A DNA stretch of 64,000 nucleotides, from NCBI GenBank assembly GCA_964503085.1, contig CAZCYQ010000002.1:469-64468 (forward strand). The letters are read 5' to 3'. Made by a program: the position numbers and the translations under genes. Positions 31,055 to 41,600 of this stretch are shown here, one piece after another. This DNA is from an uncultured Rhodothermaceae bacterium (GTDB taxonomy: Bacteria; Bacteroidota; Rhodothermia; Rhodothermales; Bin80). The notes under the pieces are model-generated. The model was not told the origin of the DNA and did no database searches. It worked only from the letters and a program-made list of their open reading frames with translations. Numbering within the stretch: the first letter of the stretch is position 1; every line of letters starts with the position of its first letter.

Positions 31055-32832
31055 CAGCGCATCTCCACATGAAGCAACCTGGATACTTCCAAGCCTGATA
31101 TTTCATCTCTGACCCTAACTCTTATACGAATCTTTCCTGTCCTTCTACCGATGTCCAGAACAACCTCGGTTTCCTCCGTCCGGCTCCGCCCCTCATACTC
31201 CACACTAGTCGATGAAGTACGCCGGCGCTCGGGCGTAACTTCGTAGGTCACTGTGTATGAGGTTGCATCTCGTCCACCGTAGGTAAGGTGATAAATTTCA
31301 AATGCCAGACCGAATCTCATATCTGGAAAAACCCACTCATGAGGCCACGGCTCCGAGGCCCCGCTTTTGGTATAGACGAGCGGCTTCAGATCACTCATCT
31401 CCAAAGCAAAACCGCTCGCATCCAGTGAACGAAGTGAGTCTATTCGTCTGGACATAACCTGCAAGCGAGAGCCGACTTCCTCAGCATTGACCCCGTACTG
31501 ATCCCATTGGAGAGCTAAGTGATATAGTCCGGTATCTCCAGTCACCTCAATTGTCTGTACTGGAATCGTTGCCGGCTCATCAGTAGGCGGAATCTCAATA
31601 CGTATCGCACCCGTACTGCTACGCCGCAATGTATGATCAGCCCTCTCCTGCGCTGTGTAGGTTTGCACGAAATACACCGGTTCTAATGCATGCCCTGGAG
31701 CAATCAGACCACCGGGTTCAGGGTGCCAATAGATCTCTGTTGTTGTCGTGCCATCGGGTTCCAGAAATCTCGCATAACGCACGCCCAATGGCAGTGTGCG
31801 CAAGGTTGACAGAACATCCGAGGTACTCGGAGGCAGTAATATTTCTTGTTGGTACGCTGCTTGATCATCTTCAATTCGTGCATTCGTGATCATGCTTTGG
31901 GCAAAAATATGTGCAGGTTGGCCCAAATCCTGGTCGAACTCTGTGGCCTCGGGACGCTCACCCTGAGTCAGTAATGTAGCCCCTGTGATAATTTTCGCGT
32001 TCTCCGTTGCATCGCGGCTCTGCAGGCGTCCCGGCTCACCGTGTGCAGCCAGCCATCTATCAACCTCATTGAATCGAGACCCAAAATGATAGTGCTCCAA
32101 GGCAAGCTGTCTGTACACAGAGCGCATAACAGCAAGTACCATCCTGGACTTGACCAGTCCGCGCCCTCCCTGCCCCAGACCAGACCGGAGTGCTGTTGGC
32201 AATAGATCGTAGGTATCACCTAGTCGATACGGCTTGCCATCTCTAATAAAGAGAAAATAGGCATCGCGGTCAATATTCAAATATCTCCAGAATTCATTTT
32301 CTGGAAAATCTCCGGGGCTCACAGCAACACCCGGTTGATAAATTGCGTCAATGAGCAATGGATCATCAAATACAATCCGAGTAATGCGCTCCGGTGCACC
32401 ATAGCGAACATAAATTTCCCCGCGCGCATCGTAACCCATCGGACACGCAGTACATACGTAGTGCTCCAAAGCATATTGCACACGCCGAACGTGCTCTACC
32501 ATCCGTTCATTGACTTCAGAGGCCGGTAGGGGGTCCTGTGCTCTCCACCAGCCTACAATGGCATCTCGGGCTTCCGTGGTTACATGGACAGAATCCGATA
32601 CAATCACCATATTCGCGACAGTTTCAGGAAGTAATGGAAGAAGCCGCTGTACTTCCGTGATCTGGGAACCATCATCCATTGAAGGGTCAGCCGCCAGAAT
32701 AGTCTTGTATTGCGCTACGGACTCGGCTATGGCCTCCAGATCTGTCGACTGCGCATGAGCAGTCTGAATAGCCACTAGACAAGCGGCTAAGCAGAGTGCA
32801 CAATGCATTGCCGAAGACTTCTTAGTAACCAT
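31054..32832 (-). CDS. secreted GWxTD-like domain protein
   Basis: Signal peptide. The segment VGWWRAQDPLPASEVNERMVEHVRRVQYALEHY...MGYDARGEIYVRYGAPERI matches the shape of the GWxTD domain (FW..DP...N....Y..R...A...F...GWxTDRG.vy..yG.P), but the name-giving GW-TD reads GY-DA. The C-terminal ~400 aa are unassigned. Confidence 0.55.
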   Translation of the reverse strand: MVTKKSSAMHCALCLAACLVAIQTAHAQSTDLEAIAESVAQYKTILAADPSMDDGSQITEVQRLLPLLPETVANMVIVSDSVHVTTEARDAIVGWWRAQDPLPASEVNERMVEHVRRVQYALEHYVCTACPMGYDARGEIYVRYGAPERITRIVFDDPLLIDAIYQPGVAVSPGDFPENEFWRYLNIDRDAYFLFIRDGKPYRLGDTYDLLPTALRSGLGQGGRGLVKSRMVLAVMRSVYRQLALEHYHFGSRFNEVDRWLAAHGEPGRLQSRDATENAKIITGATLLTQGERPEATEFDQDLGQPAHIFAQSMITNARIEDDQAAYQQEILLPPSTSDVLSTLRTLPLGVRYARFLEPDGTTTTEIYWHPEPGGLIAPGHALEPVYFVQTYTAQERADHTLRRSSTGAIRIEIPPTDEPATIPVQTIEVTGDTGLYHLALQWDQYGVNAEEVGSRLQVMSRRIDSLRSLDASGFALEMSDLKPLVYTKSGASEPWPHEWVFPDMRFGLAFEIYHLTYGGRDATSYTVTYEVTPERRRTSSTSVEYEGRSRTEETEVVLDIGRRTGKIRIRVRVRDEISGLEVSRLLHVEMR

Positions 32833-32841
32833 AATCCTCGA

Positions 32842-34995
32842 CTAAGTGTCAGGGGCTCCCAGTTGTACGGACCTGAAGGGTACCTTTTCAATTGTAGATG
32901 TTTCTTCACGGATGCCAATCATTTGCCGCATCGGTACGTTCTCAAACTGCTGCACTACGCCGGTAGCCGGCCATACGACCGTTACCAACTCAATTGCTGT
33001 GGCCTTGCCGAGGCCAATTTCCAAGCGAAGTGGTGACGACCCGAAACTCGCACCCGTTCCGACTGTCCGATGTAGGGTATCCACATCTGTAACAATTGAT
33101 ACACGTGCTCCAATCGCGCTTCGATTGGATCTTGTTCCTTCCAGAGAAAGCACAACCCAGGCATTTGAATGCCCCGGATTCTCAAAGAGCACATTGCGCG
33201 CAAGGTCTCCCTCAAAGGCTCCTCCCATAACCTGATATACATCCTGCGCTCCGTCGTGATTTATATCTCCGAACGCTACACCATGCCCTTTCTGTAAATG
33301 GCCAAAACCTCCTGCAGCCGTAACTTCTTCAAAGTGGGAGCCCCCAAGATTCCGGAACATCCTGTTAGGCATGAGCGCCCGCAGGTCTGGATCACCAGTC
33401 CCCACATAAAAATCCAGCCATCCATCTCCATCCAGATCTCCGTAGTTGCACCCCATTGTATACATAACTTTATTCAGTCCCGCTTTTTCAGTTACATCTT
33501 CAAAAGTACCATCCTGCCGATTCCGGTACAACCGGGGGTGCTCATCTCCACCGGGCAATCCAAGATATTCGGCCGCTATATCACCGGCCGTGGCACGCCA
33601 ACCAGAAACAAACAGGTCCAGCCAGCCATCCTGATCAAAATCCCAGAACCACGCCGGGAAGCTATCTATTGGTTCCTGTACACCCGCATTTCTGCTTACA
33701 TCCGTGAACACCTTTCCATTCTCATTACGCAAAAGCAGGTTTGATTCGAGGTACCTGCTGACAAACAGATCGGGCCAACCATCATTGTCATAGTCTCCCC
33801 AGACCACGGCCTTTACATAGCCCAAAAGCGCAACTCCATATTCCCGGGCGGACTCCACAAAAGTCCCATTGCCCTGGTTGACAAACAACTCGCTTGGATG
33901 CCGCCCTGCTTGTGGATTGGACTCATTCCCAATGAACAGATCCAGATCCCCATCACGATCAAAGTCGCTCCATGCAGCTGTCTGTGTCGGATGACGGGAA
34001 TACACCCCAGATTCTATGGTAACGTCTTCGAATTTACCCCGACCATTATTGCGCAGAAGCGAATTGGGGTGCCCCTCGCTCAGCCACGCTCCACGCAGTA
34101 CAAACACATCCTGATCACCATCATTGTCGTAATCTGCGTGCACCAGGTTTAGGCCTCCTGTCAATCCGGTCAATCCGGCTGCATGTGTACGCTCCTCAAA
34201 TTTGCCTTTACCGTCACTCTCAAAGTACCGAATCTGATCACGCAATCCCCAAGAAGAAACTATCAGATCAAGCCACCCATCACCCGACAAATCTTCCAGT
34301 ACGACGCCTCCAGACAGCCCCATAACATTTACACCCAAGAGCGGAGCCACATCCACAAATCTCGAAATTGATGCCCCTTGACGGAAACTATCCACGGGAA
34401 TCCTCCACTTGGCATCAACGCGGTCTGGATGTGTACCCAGCGTCATGTGTGCCAGGTTCAGCAACCACAAAGCATTCATATCCTTCGGGTCCTCTTCAAG
34501 AATTTTTTCATACCACGGTATAGCCATTGCTGACCCCCGAGGCAGCTTATGAACGCCTGCGGCACCAATCGGGAACAGGCACCTGGAGGCGCTGTGATCC
34601 ACCAAGCAATTCTCTTGCTCTCCAATCCGCAGATGGCTGAGCGCGAGATGATCCATGGCAGCCAAACGCCACGACGGATCAAATTCATCCGGAGAGGCCT
34701 CCAATAATTGTAGAATCTCTTCAAATACTCCGACGGCAGCTTCGCTATCCCCTGCCCGCAGCAACTCTGTTCCTAGCAAAGCGCTGTACTGTATACGGTC
34801 GGGAAGCGCTGCTGGAACGATCTGCATACCCAGCGCAGCTGCGCGTGCCACATTTGCATGAGCATTCCGGCGAGGGTTCTGATCGGTTTCCGCGGCAATT
34901 TCTTCAAGCTCTGCAACCATTTGTACCGTGCCCTCGGGCTCGGTTGAGCTGCATGCAGCAAATAACAAGAAGGCCAATGTCAAATGACGTGACAT
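32842..34995 (-). CDS. CRTAC1-family lipoprotein (TPR + FG-GAP/VCBS repeats + ASPIC/UnbV)
   Basis: Lipobox LLFAACS and an N-terminal TPR-like region. Repeated D.DGDG..D(L/V)(F/Y)V FG-GAP motifs are present (DYDNDGDQDVFV, DFDRDGDLDLFI, DYDNDGWPDLFV, DLDGDGWLDFYV). The C-terminus VGTGASFGSSPLRLEIGLG is an ASPIC/UnbV signature. Confidence 0.85.
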   Translation of the reverse strand: MSRHLTLAFLLFAACSSTEPEGTVQMVAELEEIAAETDQNPRRNAHANVARAAALGMQIVPAALPDRIQYSALLGTELLRAGDSEAAVGVFEEILQLLEASPDEFDPSWRLAAMDHLALSHLRIGEQENCLVDHSASRCLFPIGAAGVHKLPRGSAMAIPWYEKILEEDPKDMNALWLLNLAHMTLGTHPDRVDAKWRIPVDSFRQGASISRFVDVAPLLGVNVMGLSGGVVLEDLSGDGWLDLIVSSWGLRDQIRYFESDGKGKFEERTHAAGLTGLTGGLNLVHADYDNDGDQDVFVLRGAWLSEGHPNSLLRNNGRGKFEDVTIESGVYSRHPTQTAAWSDFDRDGDLDLFIGNESNPQAGRHPSELFVNQGNGTFVESAREYGVALLGYVKAVVWGDYDNDGWPDLFVSRYLESNLLLRNENGKVFTDVSRNAGVQEPIDSFPAWFWDFDQDGWLDLFVSGWRATAGDIAAEYLGLPGGDEHPRLYRNRQDGTFEDVTEKAGLNKVMYTMGCNYGDLDGDGWLDFYVGTGDPDLRALMPNRMFRNLGGSHFEEVTAAGGFGHLQKGHGVAFGDINHDGAQDVYQVMGGAFEGDLARNVLFENPGHSNAWVVLSLEGTRSNRSAIGARVSIVTDVDTLHRTVGTGASFGSSPLRLEIGLGKATAIELVTVVWPATGVVQQFENVPMRQMIGIREETSTIEKVPFRSVQLGAPDT

Positions 34996-34999
34996 GAAT

Positions 35000-37900
35000 C
35001 TACTGCTTTGTCAGCAATACCCTGCTGTCCCCCTCCAGTTTCACCGTAACCGGTTGTTGACCACCGGGCCAGATCACTTCAACGCCAACCGGAGTGCCGC
35101 TGAGCCCGAGGGTAGCCGTTGTCGCATTCTGCGACCAATATCCCGTTCCTCCAGTTACTAAACGGGCTGGTCCTCGACTCCCATCTGAATAAATCACACA
35201 AAGAATTGCCCCAATAGCATCCGTGGCAGAGGCAAATTCAACAGAAATGCCCTCCCTGTACGACACTTGACGATACACAAGTGTCGCACCATTGTGCTGA
35301 GAAAACGCAACTTCATCCTGCCCGTCTCCATCAAAATCTCCAACAGAGACCGCCCGCCCTTCTCCATAAACTTCAAAACCAGATTGGGACTCCGGGGTGA
35401 ATGTGCCATCACCATGACCTAAAAGCAAGAGTCCCCGACCCGCATCCTGCCTCGGAGTTGACAAAGGATAAGCGAACCAGTTCTGAGATAAAATGATGTC
35501 TTCATACCCATCAAGGTTCGCGTCCAGTACAACAGGGCTGATCCCTGCGCTGTATTGTGCTTCTGCAGGCAATGAACGGTGCTCAAAATGATCCCCCCTG
35601 TTAAGAAAGATGCTTGATGCATACGTATCCGCTTCGACGATCTGAGCATTTTCCATTGCTGACGATGGCAGAAGCTGCGCAACCTCCATCGTGCTGAAGT
35701 CCTGGTGCGAAGTAACGCGCATCTGTATTGGAGGGATGGCCGATATCAGATCAGCGAGCATACGTGAAGGTCGATAACTATTCATGATCGGATCCAGGAA
35801 GGATTCCAAAATGTCAGTCGTGCCATTAGCATCAAAATCGCCGTAGTGCAGTCGCACCTTTGTGCCGCGATCATAACGACTGTTCCACCCGGCATTTGAA
35901 GCAACAATATCAAGCCTGCGATCACCGTCAAAATCACCGATTGACACACCACGCCACAAGCCTAGAAAGGGTTGTAGACCGAAAAATTCAGTCTGATCAG
36001 AAAAACCCTCCTCTCCGCTTATCAGTACCCGAACCGGCCCCCATTCAGTAGCAAGCACCAGATCCTCGCGTCCGTCGCCATTCATATCTCCGAACACACT
36101 GCCGCTTACAGGTCCTAATCCACTCAAAGATTCTCCAAGCCTGTAAGCTCCTTGTTCATTCAAATAGATGTGACTGTTTGCAGCTCTCGGATATGCTCCG
36201 GGAATGAAATGCCCCCCAACAAAAAGATCAAGATCCTCGTCCATATCGATATCTGCCACCGACAGCGGTCCGGGAACGCCCGGGCCAAACGGAATCTTTT
36301 GATGCTGTAATTCTTTGCCATCCGGCGCAATATCGTAAATGTGGACCCAGGACGAGTCTGGAAAGCGCTCGTAGCCGGACTCCCCCACCATCATGCGTAT
36401 ACGGCCATTGCTGATGGGGAGGGCAATCATGCCTGTTGCGTCACCTGAAAGTGGATCCAAGATGGGGCGCCCCTGCAGTCTGAAGGTCTGGTTCTGTCCC
36501 GCACCTTCCAGTAACTCGGAACGACCATCCCCATCGACATCTATAGCAGCGAGTGCAGGTCCCCGCCGGCTGAGGCGCCATGGCAGTAGCGGCTGAAGCT
36601 GAAAGTCATCAAACTCCTGCTCAGGCCGTGGCTCAGACTGCGAATGGAGCGTATACATGGGTGCCACCGGCGAAACCGGCGGTACCTCAGTTGGATGCGT
36701 TGCCCCCGATTCTTCAATTATGTACAGTCTGTCACCCTTATCCACATTGACACTCGAGTGTTTCCCACTCGGCCAGGCAACTTCAACCCGGCATGGCGCG
36801 GATCCCATTGCAAAAACCGCGATCAGTTGATCGGATGACAGGTAACCTCCGCCCAGAGACATTTGCTTGGACTGCTCCGGTAAACCCTCACAATGCACAC
36901 CAATGTCTGCCCCAACCCCACCGGTGTTTGGGGGCTCACCTTCCAGAATAACTGCCAATCGATCCGTCGTCCCGGTATTGCGATAAACACCAGGGGACGC
37001 GTTTAGTCTGTTTGTAACGATGTCCAGATCTCCATCTCCATCCAGATCTCCCAATGCCATACCATGCGCTACATCGGCGCTTTGACCTAATCCCCATCCC
37101 CCGGGCATATCCTCAAACGCTAAATCTCCACGGTTACGAAACGCTACGTTTTCTAGTGCAAGGGGTGGAAAATACAGGAGTAGTCTTCTGGCTGCCTGCC
37201 AGGAGGGAGCGGATGCCATGCGGCGCTGCTCAATTCCCTGTGCATCCAGATCCTGTACATCATATACATGCCCCGTCGTAATCAAGATGTCTTCCCAGCC
37301 ATCTAGATCAACATCCATGAAGCTCGTAGCCCAGGACCAGTCAGATGCAGCCACCTGTGCAAACCAGGCCAGTTCTGCAAATGTGGTGTCCCCTCGACCA
37401 ACCATGAGTGCATTTTGCATTTCCTGCGGACGAAACGACAAATCACCAGGTGGGCCTTCCAGGGGTATTCGTGTGTTCCGCTGACGAAGCCTCCGGGAAT
37501 AATCGCGACTCAACATGTCGGTCATGAAAAAATCAACAATACCGTCGCGGTTAACATCTGAAAAATCCACTGACATCGTGGCGTTACTCGTCTTGCGTAA
37601 CGCATGATCGGGCGCATGTCGAAAAACACCATTTCCAAGACCGATCCAGAGTGCATCCGGGCTGTCAAAATCGTTACAGACATACAGATCTGCTATACCG
37701 TCCCCCGTCACATCATAGAACTTGGCCGTGAGCGCCCAATCCCTTGGGGTTGATGTTATCGGCTTTCCTTCCGTATCCAGAAAAGCCCCCTCGATCCACG
37801 AGACAGGAGCAAAATGCCCCGAACCGTCATTCAGATAAAGCCCATCCGGTTCAGCAAGCTCACTGCGTATGACTTTGGTTCCGATTTGTGTGAACCTGTA

Positions 37901-38608
37901 GTGTGCCCGGAATTCCTCTTTTGGAACCTGCCCTTCCTCCGAGAGGACCGCTTCCCAGCTAATGGCCGCAGGGGGCAGACTGTCGGCCAGTGCAATGCGC
38001 TTGTACCGAGCAATGTATGCATCCAAATCTCCGTCATGATCAACATCAGCCAGGGTTGCAGTCGTGCCGGCGTACGAAGAATTCAGCCCTGCAGCGTTAG
38101 GGACGAGCTCAAACCTGCTCCCTCCCAGGTTGCGGTATACCGCCCCCGGACCAAGCGGCATAGTGAGAAGCAGATCCAAATCATAATCACCATCCAGATC
38201 CGCCATGACTACGCCGGCAGTGGCACGGGCCGTGCTGTCCAGCCCCGCGCGGACAGAAATATCCTCAAACCTCCAATCGCCAAGGTTCTGGTAGAGCGCG
38301 TCTGGGGCCGATAGCCGAGCTACATACACATCCGGAAGTCCATCCCCCGTCACATCTCCAATTGCAATACCGGATCCATGCATCATGTGCCGGTTGGCTA
38401 TTATCGCGTCCTGTGATACAGCGTTGACCGCTATTATCCCGGACCGCTGCGAATCAACCTCCGTGAAACCCGTTTGCGAGCGACCCTGCACATTCAGCTC
38501 CCGATAACGAAAGCCATCTCCCTGTGTCCAGTTGGTCGGTGAATGAGTACAGCCTGCTATCGCGGTAACGGTCACGATTGCCCATACTCGATATCCAGCA
38601 TACATCAC
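35000..38608 (-). CDS. FG-GAP/VCBS repeat + ASPIC/UnbV lipoprotein, double module (paralog 1)
   Basis: Lipobox AIAGC. There are many GD.(D/N)GDG..D motifs. Two UnbV/ASPIC-like signatures occur, mid-protein LGGGYLSSDQL and C-terminal GGTGYWSQN. Confidence 0.85.
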   Translation of the reverse strand: MMYAGYRVWAIVTVTAIAGCTHSPTNWTQGDGFRYRELNVQGRSQTGFTEVDSQRSGIIAVNAVSQDAIIANRHMMHGSGIAIGDVTGDGLPDVYVARLSAPDALYQNLGDWRFEDISVRAGLDSTARATAGVVMADLDGDYDLDLLLTMPLGPGAVYRNLGGSRFELVPNAAGLNSSYAGTTATLADVDHDGDLDAYIARYKRIALADSLPPAAISWEAVLSEEGQVPKEEFRAHYRFTQIGTKVIRSELAEPDGLYLNDGSGHFAPVSWIEGAFLDTEGKPITSTPRDWALTAKFYDVTGDGIADLYVCNDFDSPDALWIGLGNGVFRHAPDHALRKTSNATMSVDFSDVNRDGIVDFFMTDMLSRDYSRRLRQRNTRIPLEGPPGDLSFRPQEMQNALMVGRGDTTFAELAWFAQVAASDWSWATSFMDVDLDGWEDILITTGHVYDVQDLDAQGIEQRRMASAPSWQAARRLLLYFPPLALENVAFRNRGDLAFEDMPGGWGLGQSADVAHGMALGDLDGDGDLDIVTNRLNASPGVYRNTGTTDRLAVILEGEPPNTGGVGADIGVHCEGLPEQSKQMSLGGGYLSSDQLIAVFAMGSAPCRVEVAWPSGKHSSVNVDKGDRLYIIEESGATHPTEVPPVSPVAPMYTLHSQSEPRPEQEFDDFQLQPLLPWRLSRRGPALAAIDVDGDGRSELLEGAGQNQTFRLQGRPILDPLSGDATGMIALPISNGRIRMMVGESGYERFPDSSWVHIYDIAPDGKELQHQKIPFGPGVPGPLSVADIDMDEDLDLFVGGHFIPGAYPRAANSHIYLNEQGAYRLGESLSGLGPVSGSVFGDMNGDGREDLVLATEWGPVRVLISGEEGFSDQTEFFGLQPFLGLWRGVSIGDFDGDRRLDIVASNAGWNSRYDRGTKVRLHYGDFDANGTTDILESFLDPIMNSYRPSRMLADLISAIPPIQMRVTSHQDFSTMEVAQLLPSSAMENAQIVEADTYASSIFLNRGDHFEHRSLPAEAQYSAGISPVVLDANLDGYEDIILSQNWFAYPLSTPRQDAGRGLLLLGHGDGTFTPESQSGFEVYGEGRAVSVGDFDGDGQDEVAFSQHNGATLVYRQVSYREGISVEFASATDAIGAILCVIYSDGSRGPARLVTGGTGYWSQNATTATLGLSGTPVGVEVIWPGGQQPVTVKLEGDSRVLLTKQ

Positions 38609-38609
38609 A

Positions 38610-41600
38610 CTACTCCCGCGTGATTAATATTGACTGCGCACTGGCCTGGACAGCTGTCGAGGTAGACGTGCCATCCGGCCAATTGACGTGTACTTTCACA
38701 ATCGCGTCACGCGGAGCCAGTATAGGTTCAACACTGCTCTGTGACCAATATCCGCTTCCTGCAACTATGGGCACTGAGGGTCCCAGGCTGCCGTCGCGGT
38801 ACTCCGCACGTAAATTTCCGCCGACCGCAGCCCTATTCCAGCCAGGAACACGCAATGTTACACGCAGCCCTTGAGTGGCAGTCCTGTTCTGAAGGTGTAC
38901 TACCGGTCCGGCATTCTGTGCAACTGCAAGATCCAGGCGACCATCACGATCGAAATCCGCGCTTACCGCAGCCCGCTGTGAGCCGTAAATGTAAATCCCC
39001 GATACCTTCGCCGGTTGGGGGACCAGCTTATGGGATTCATCCGCCAACAATAGCAGGCCCAAGCCACTGTCCAAACGTGGGTAACCTGACGGCACTGCAA
39101 AAAAGTTTTGACTCAGAAACAGGTCTGTACGCCCGTCACCGTTGAAATCCCCCGGTACTGGCGCAAAAGCGGGCGACCATTGGGCTTCATCGGCAAGCGG
39201 CACCGCCTCGTAGTGAGATTCCCGATTCAGGAATACCATCGTCCGCCATTCTGTGACCTCGTGAAAATCAGCTCCGCTCAATACTGGACCAAAAATATCC
39301 ATCGCCGAGCGTGTCGCGAAGTCCTCGTAGGTCCGAATATGCTGCCGCAATGTCGGTAAGGCATGCGTAAGCGTACGGAAATCCCGTATCAAGCCAAACG
39401 CATCTAATTCCGGGACATGCTGCACCTCCAGAATATCCAGACTGCCATTGTTATCCAGGTCTCCGTAATACGCACGGAGCGGTACGTCCTGAGCATAGGG
39501 GTGATTTTGTCCCCAGTTGGTTGCAATCAAGTCCAGTTTGCCATCCCCGTCAAAATCTGCGGGTGCTACACCATTCCACCATCCCGTATGCTCAGCTAAT
39601 CCCAACGTACGTGTCATCCGCACGAGCCGCCCGCCTCCCCGGTTGTGAAATACATGTACCGGCCCCCACATCGTCGCAAGCGCCAGATCAGTAGTGCCAT
39701 CACCATTCAGATCGGCGGCTGTGGCCCCGGAAACGAGTCCCAGTTTTTCAAATGGTGCACTGAGCGTGTCATCTCGTACGAGTATTCCGTCTTCGCGCCG
39801 ATAAATGGCACTGCTCACACTCACCGGATACTGTCCAGGCATAAAATTGCCGCCTACAAAGAGCTCAAGCCTACCATCGCCGGTAAAATCTCCCAATGCG
39901 AGTGGTCCGGGGCTCTCCGGCCCGAAGGCGTATGAGGTATCGCCGCGATATCGCATCGAGACCCGAGTAATTTTCGACACTTCTGCGGTATCCTGTGGAG
40001 TGCGTTCATAGTTGCTAATTCCTGCCAGTACTATATAGCTTCCTGGGACAATTACTATACCCCCGTGATCCCCAGACGAAGGCTCACTGAAGCTTCGGAT
40101 GATTTCGAACTGTCCGCCGTTATTAAATACAAATCTAAGCGACTCACCCTTGCCTCCCCCCAGAATCAGATCCTCATAACCGCTTCCACCATATCCTGTG
40201 ACCGCTAGCGAAGGACCTCGCTGGCTAAGTTTGTGCGGCAGAAGCGGTTGTCGATTAAAGTCTGTATAACTACTTTCCTGATGCTCCAACCCTATGCTTA
40301 ACGCTGTAAACATTGTCTCCATAGACTGCGCTACAGATGGTTTGGTCGCTTCTATTTGCGGCTGAAAGATTCTGTACTCGTTACCAGGCAAGACTTCCTC
40401 TATGACACTGCGACCACCGCCCGTCCAATGCACTTCAATCTGTGCGCCCGGGGCATAGGCAAACGTGAGCGCTGCGTCGCTTGAGGAAAGGTATTGTCCG
40501 CCTGCAATAATTTCCTGTCGCTGAGGAGGCAGGCTGTCGCTGGTGACCAGCACCACTGTGCCAACCCCTTGCGGGTTCGGCGCATTCCCCTGAAGACGAA
40601 CGAGAATTCGTTCACCTTCTGCGTCATTACGAAATACCCCCACGGGAGCGTCCAGGCGATTTATGATCACATCCTGATCTCCGTCTTCGTCAAGATCTGC
40701 GAAGGCCATTCCATGTGCCACATCGGCGACCACTCCGAGCCCCCAACCTTCCTCAACCCACTCAAACCGGGCGTTGCCGAGATTGCGGAACGCAATATTC
40801 GGTAGATCCAGGTCTGGAAAATCCAACAGAACCTCTCGCCAGGGGCGTCGGGAAGATCCTGCCGCGATTTGCGCGTCTGCATCCATTGCATCGTATGCAT
40901 GACCGGTGGTGAGGAGCAAATCCTGAAGACCATCCAAATCCACATCAATGAATGCACTGCTCCATGTCCAGCCCGTTGCGGCAACGCCACTCATGCGTGC
41001 TAGCTCGGAGTAGGTCGTATCGGAGCGATTCAACAGCAGCATGTTCTGCATCTCCTGCGGACGTGCATGAATATCTCCCATTATTACGACTTCGGGAGGT
41101 ATTACAAAGTGCTGTTTTTGCCGACGTATATAATCTGGGCTCAGCATGTCCGCCAGAAACATATCCACATCCCCATCTGCATCAACATCTGCCGCAGCCA
41201 CAGACATCGTCGACTGACTGGTTTTCCTCAGAGCTAGTGTAGACACTGCCCTGAAAGTACCTTCTGCACTGCCCAGCCAAAAATGATCTGGGCTTTCGAA
41301 GTCATTGCATACATAGAGATCCTGATATCCATCTCCATTAAGGTCCTGGAAGCGTACCGCCAACGTCCAGTCTCGCGGAGTTTCCGTCAGTGGATGACCT
41401 CCTTCATCCAGAAAAAGTCCCTCGGTAAACGGTACTTCGGTAAAGTACCCTGTCCCATCATTGAAGAATACGCGATCCGGCTCTGCCAGCTCCACACGCA
41501 TCAGGCGGTCGCCCTGGCGTATGAGTTTGTAATCGTCGGCCCAATAATCGTTGACCACGAACGAGTCGGCGACCTGTTTAACGACACGTTCAAAAGTGAT

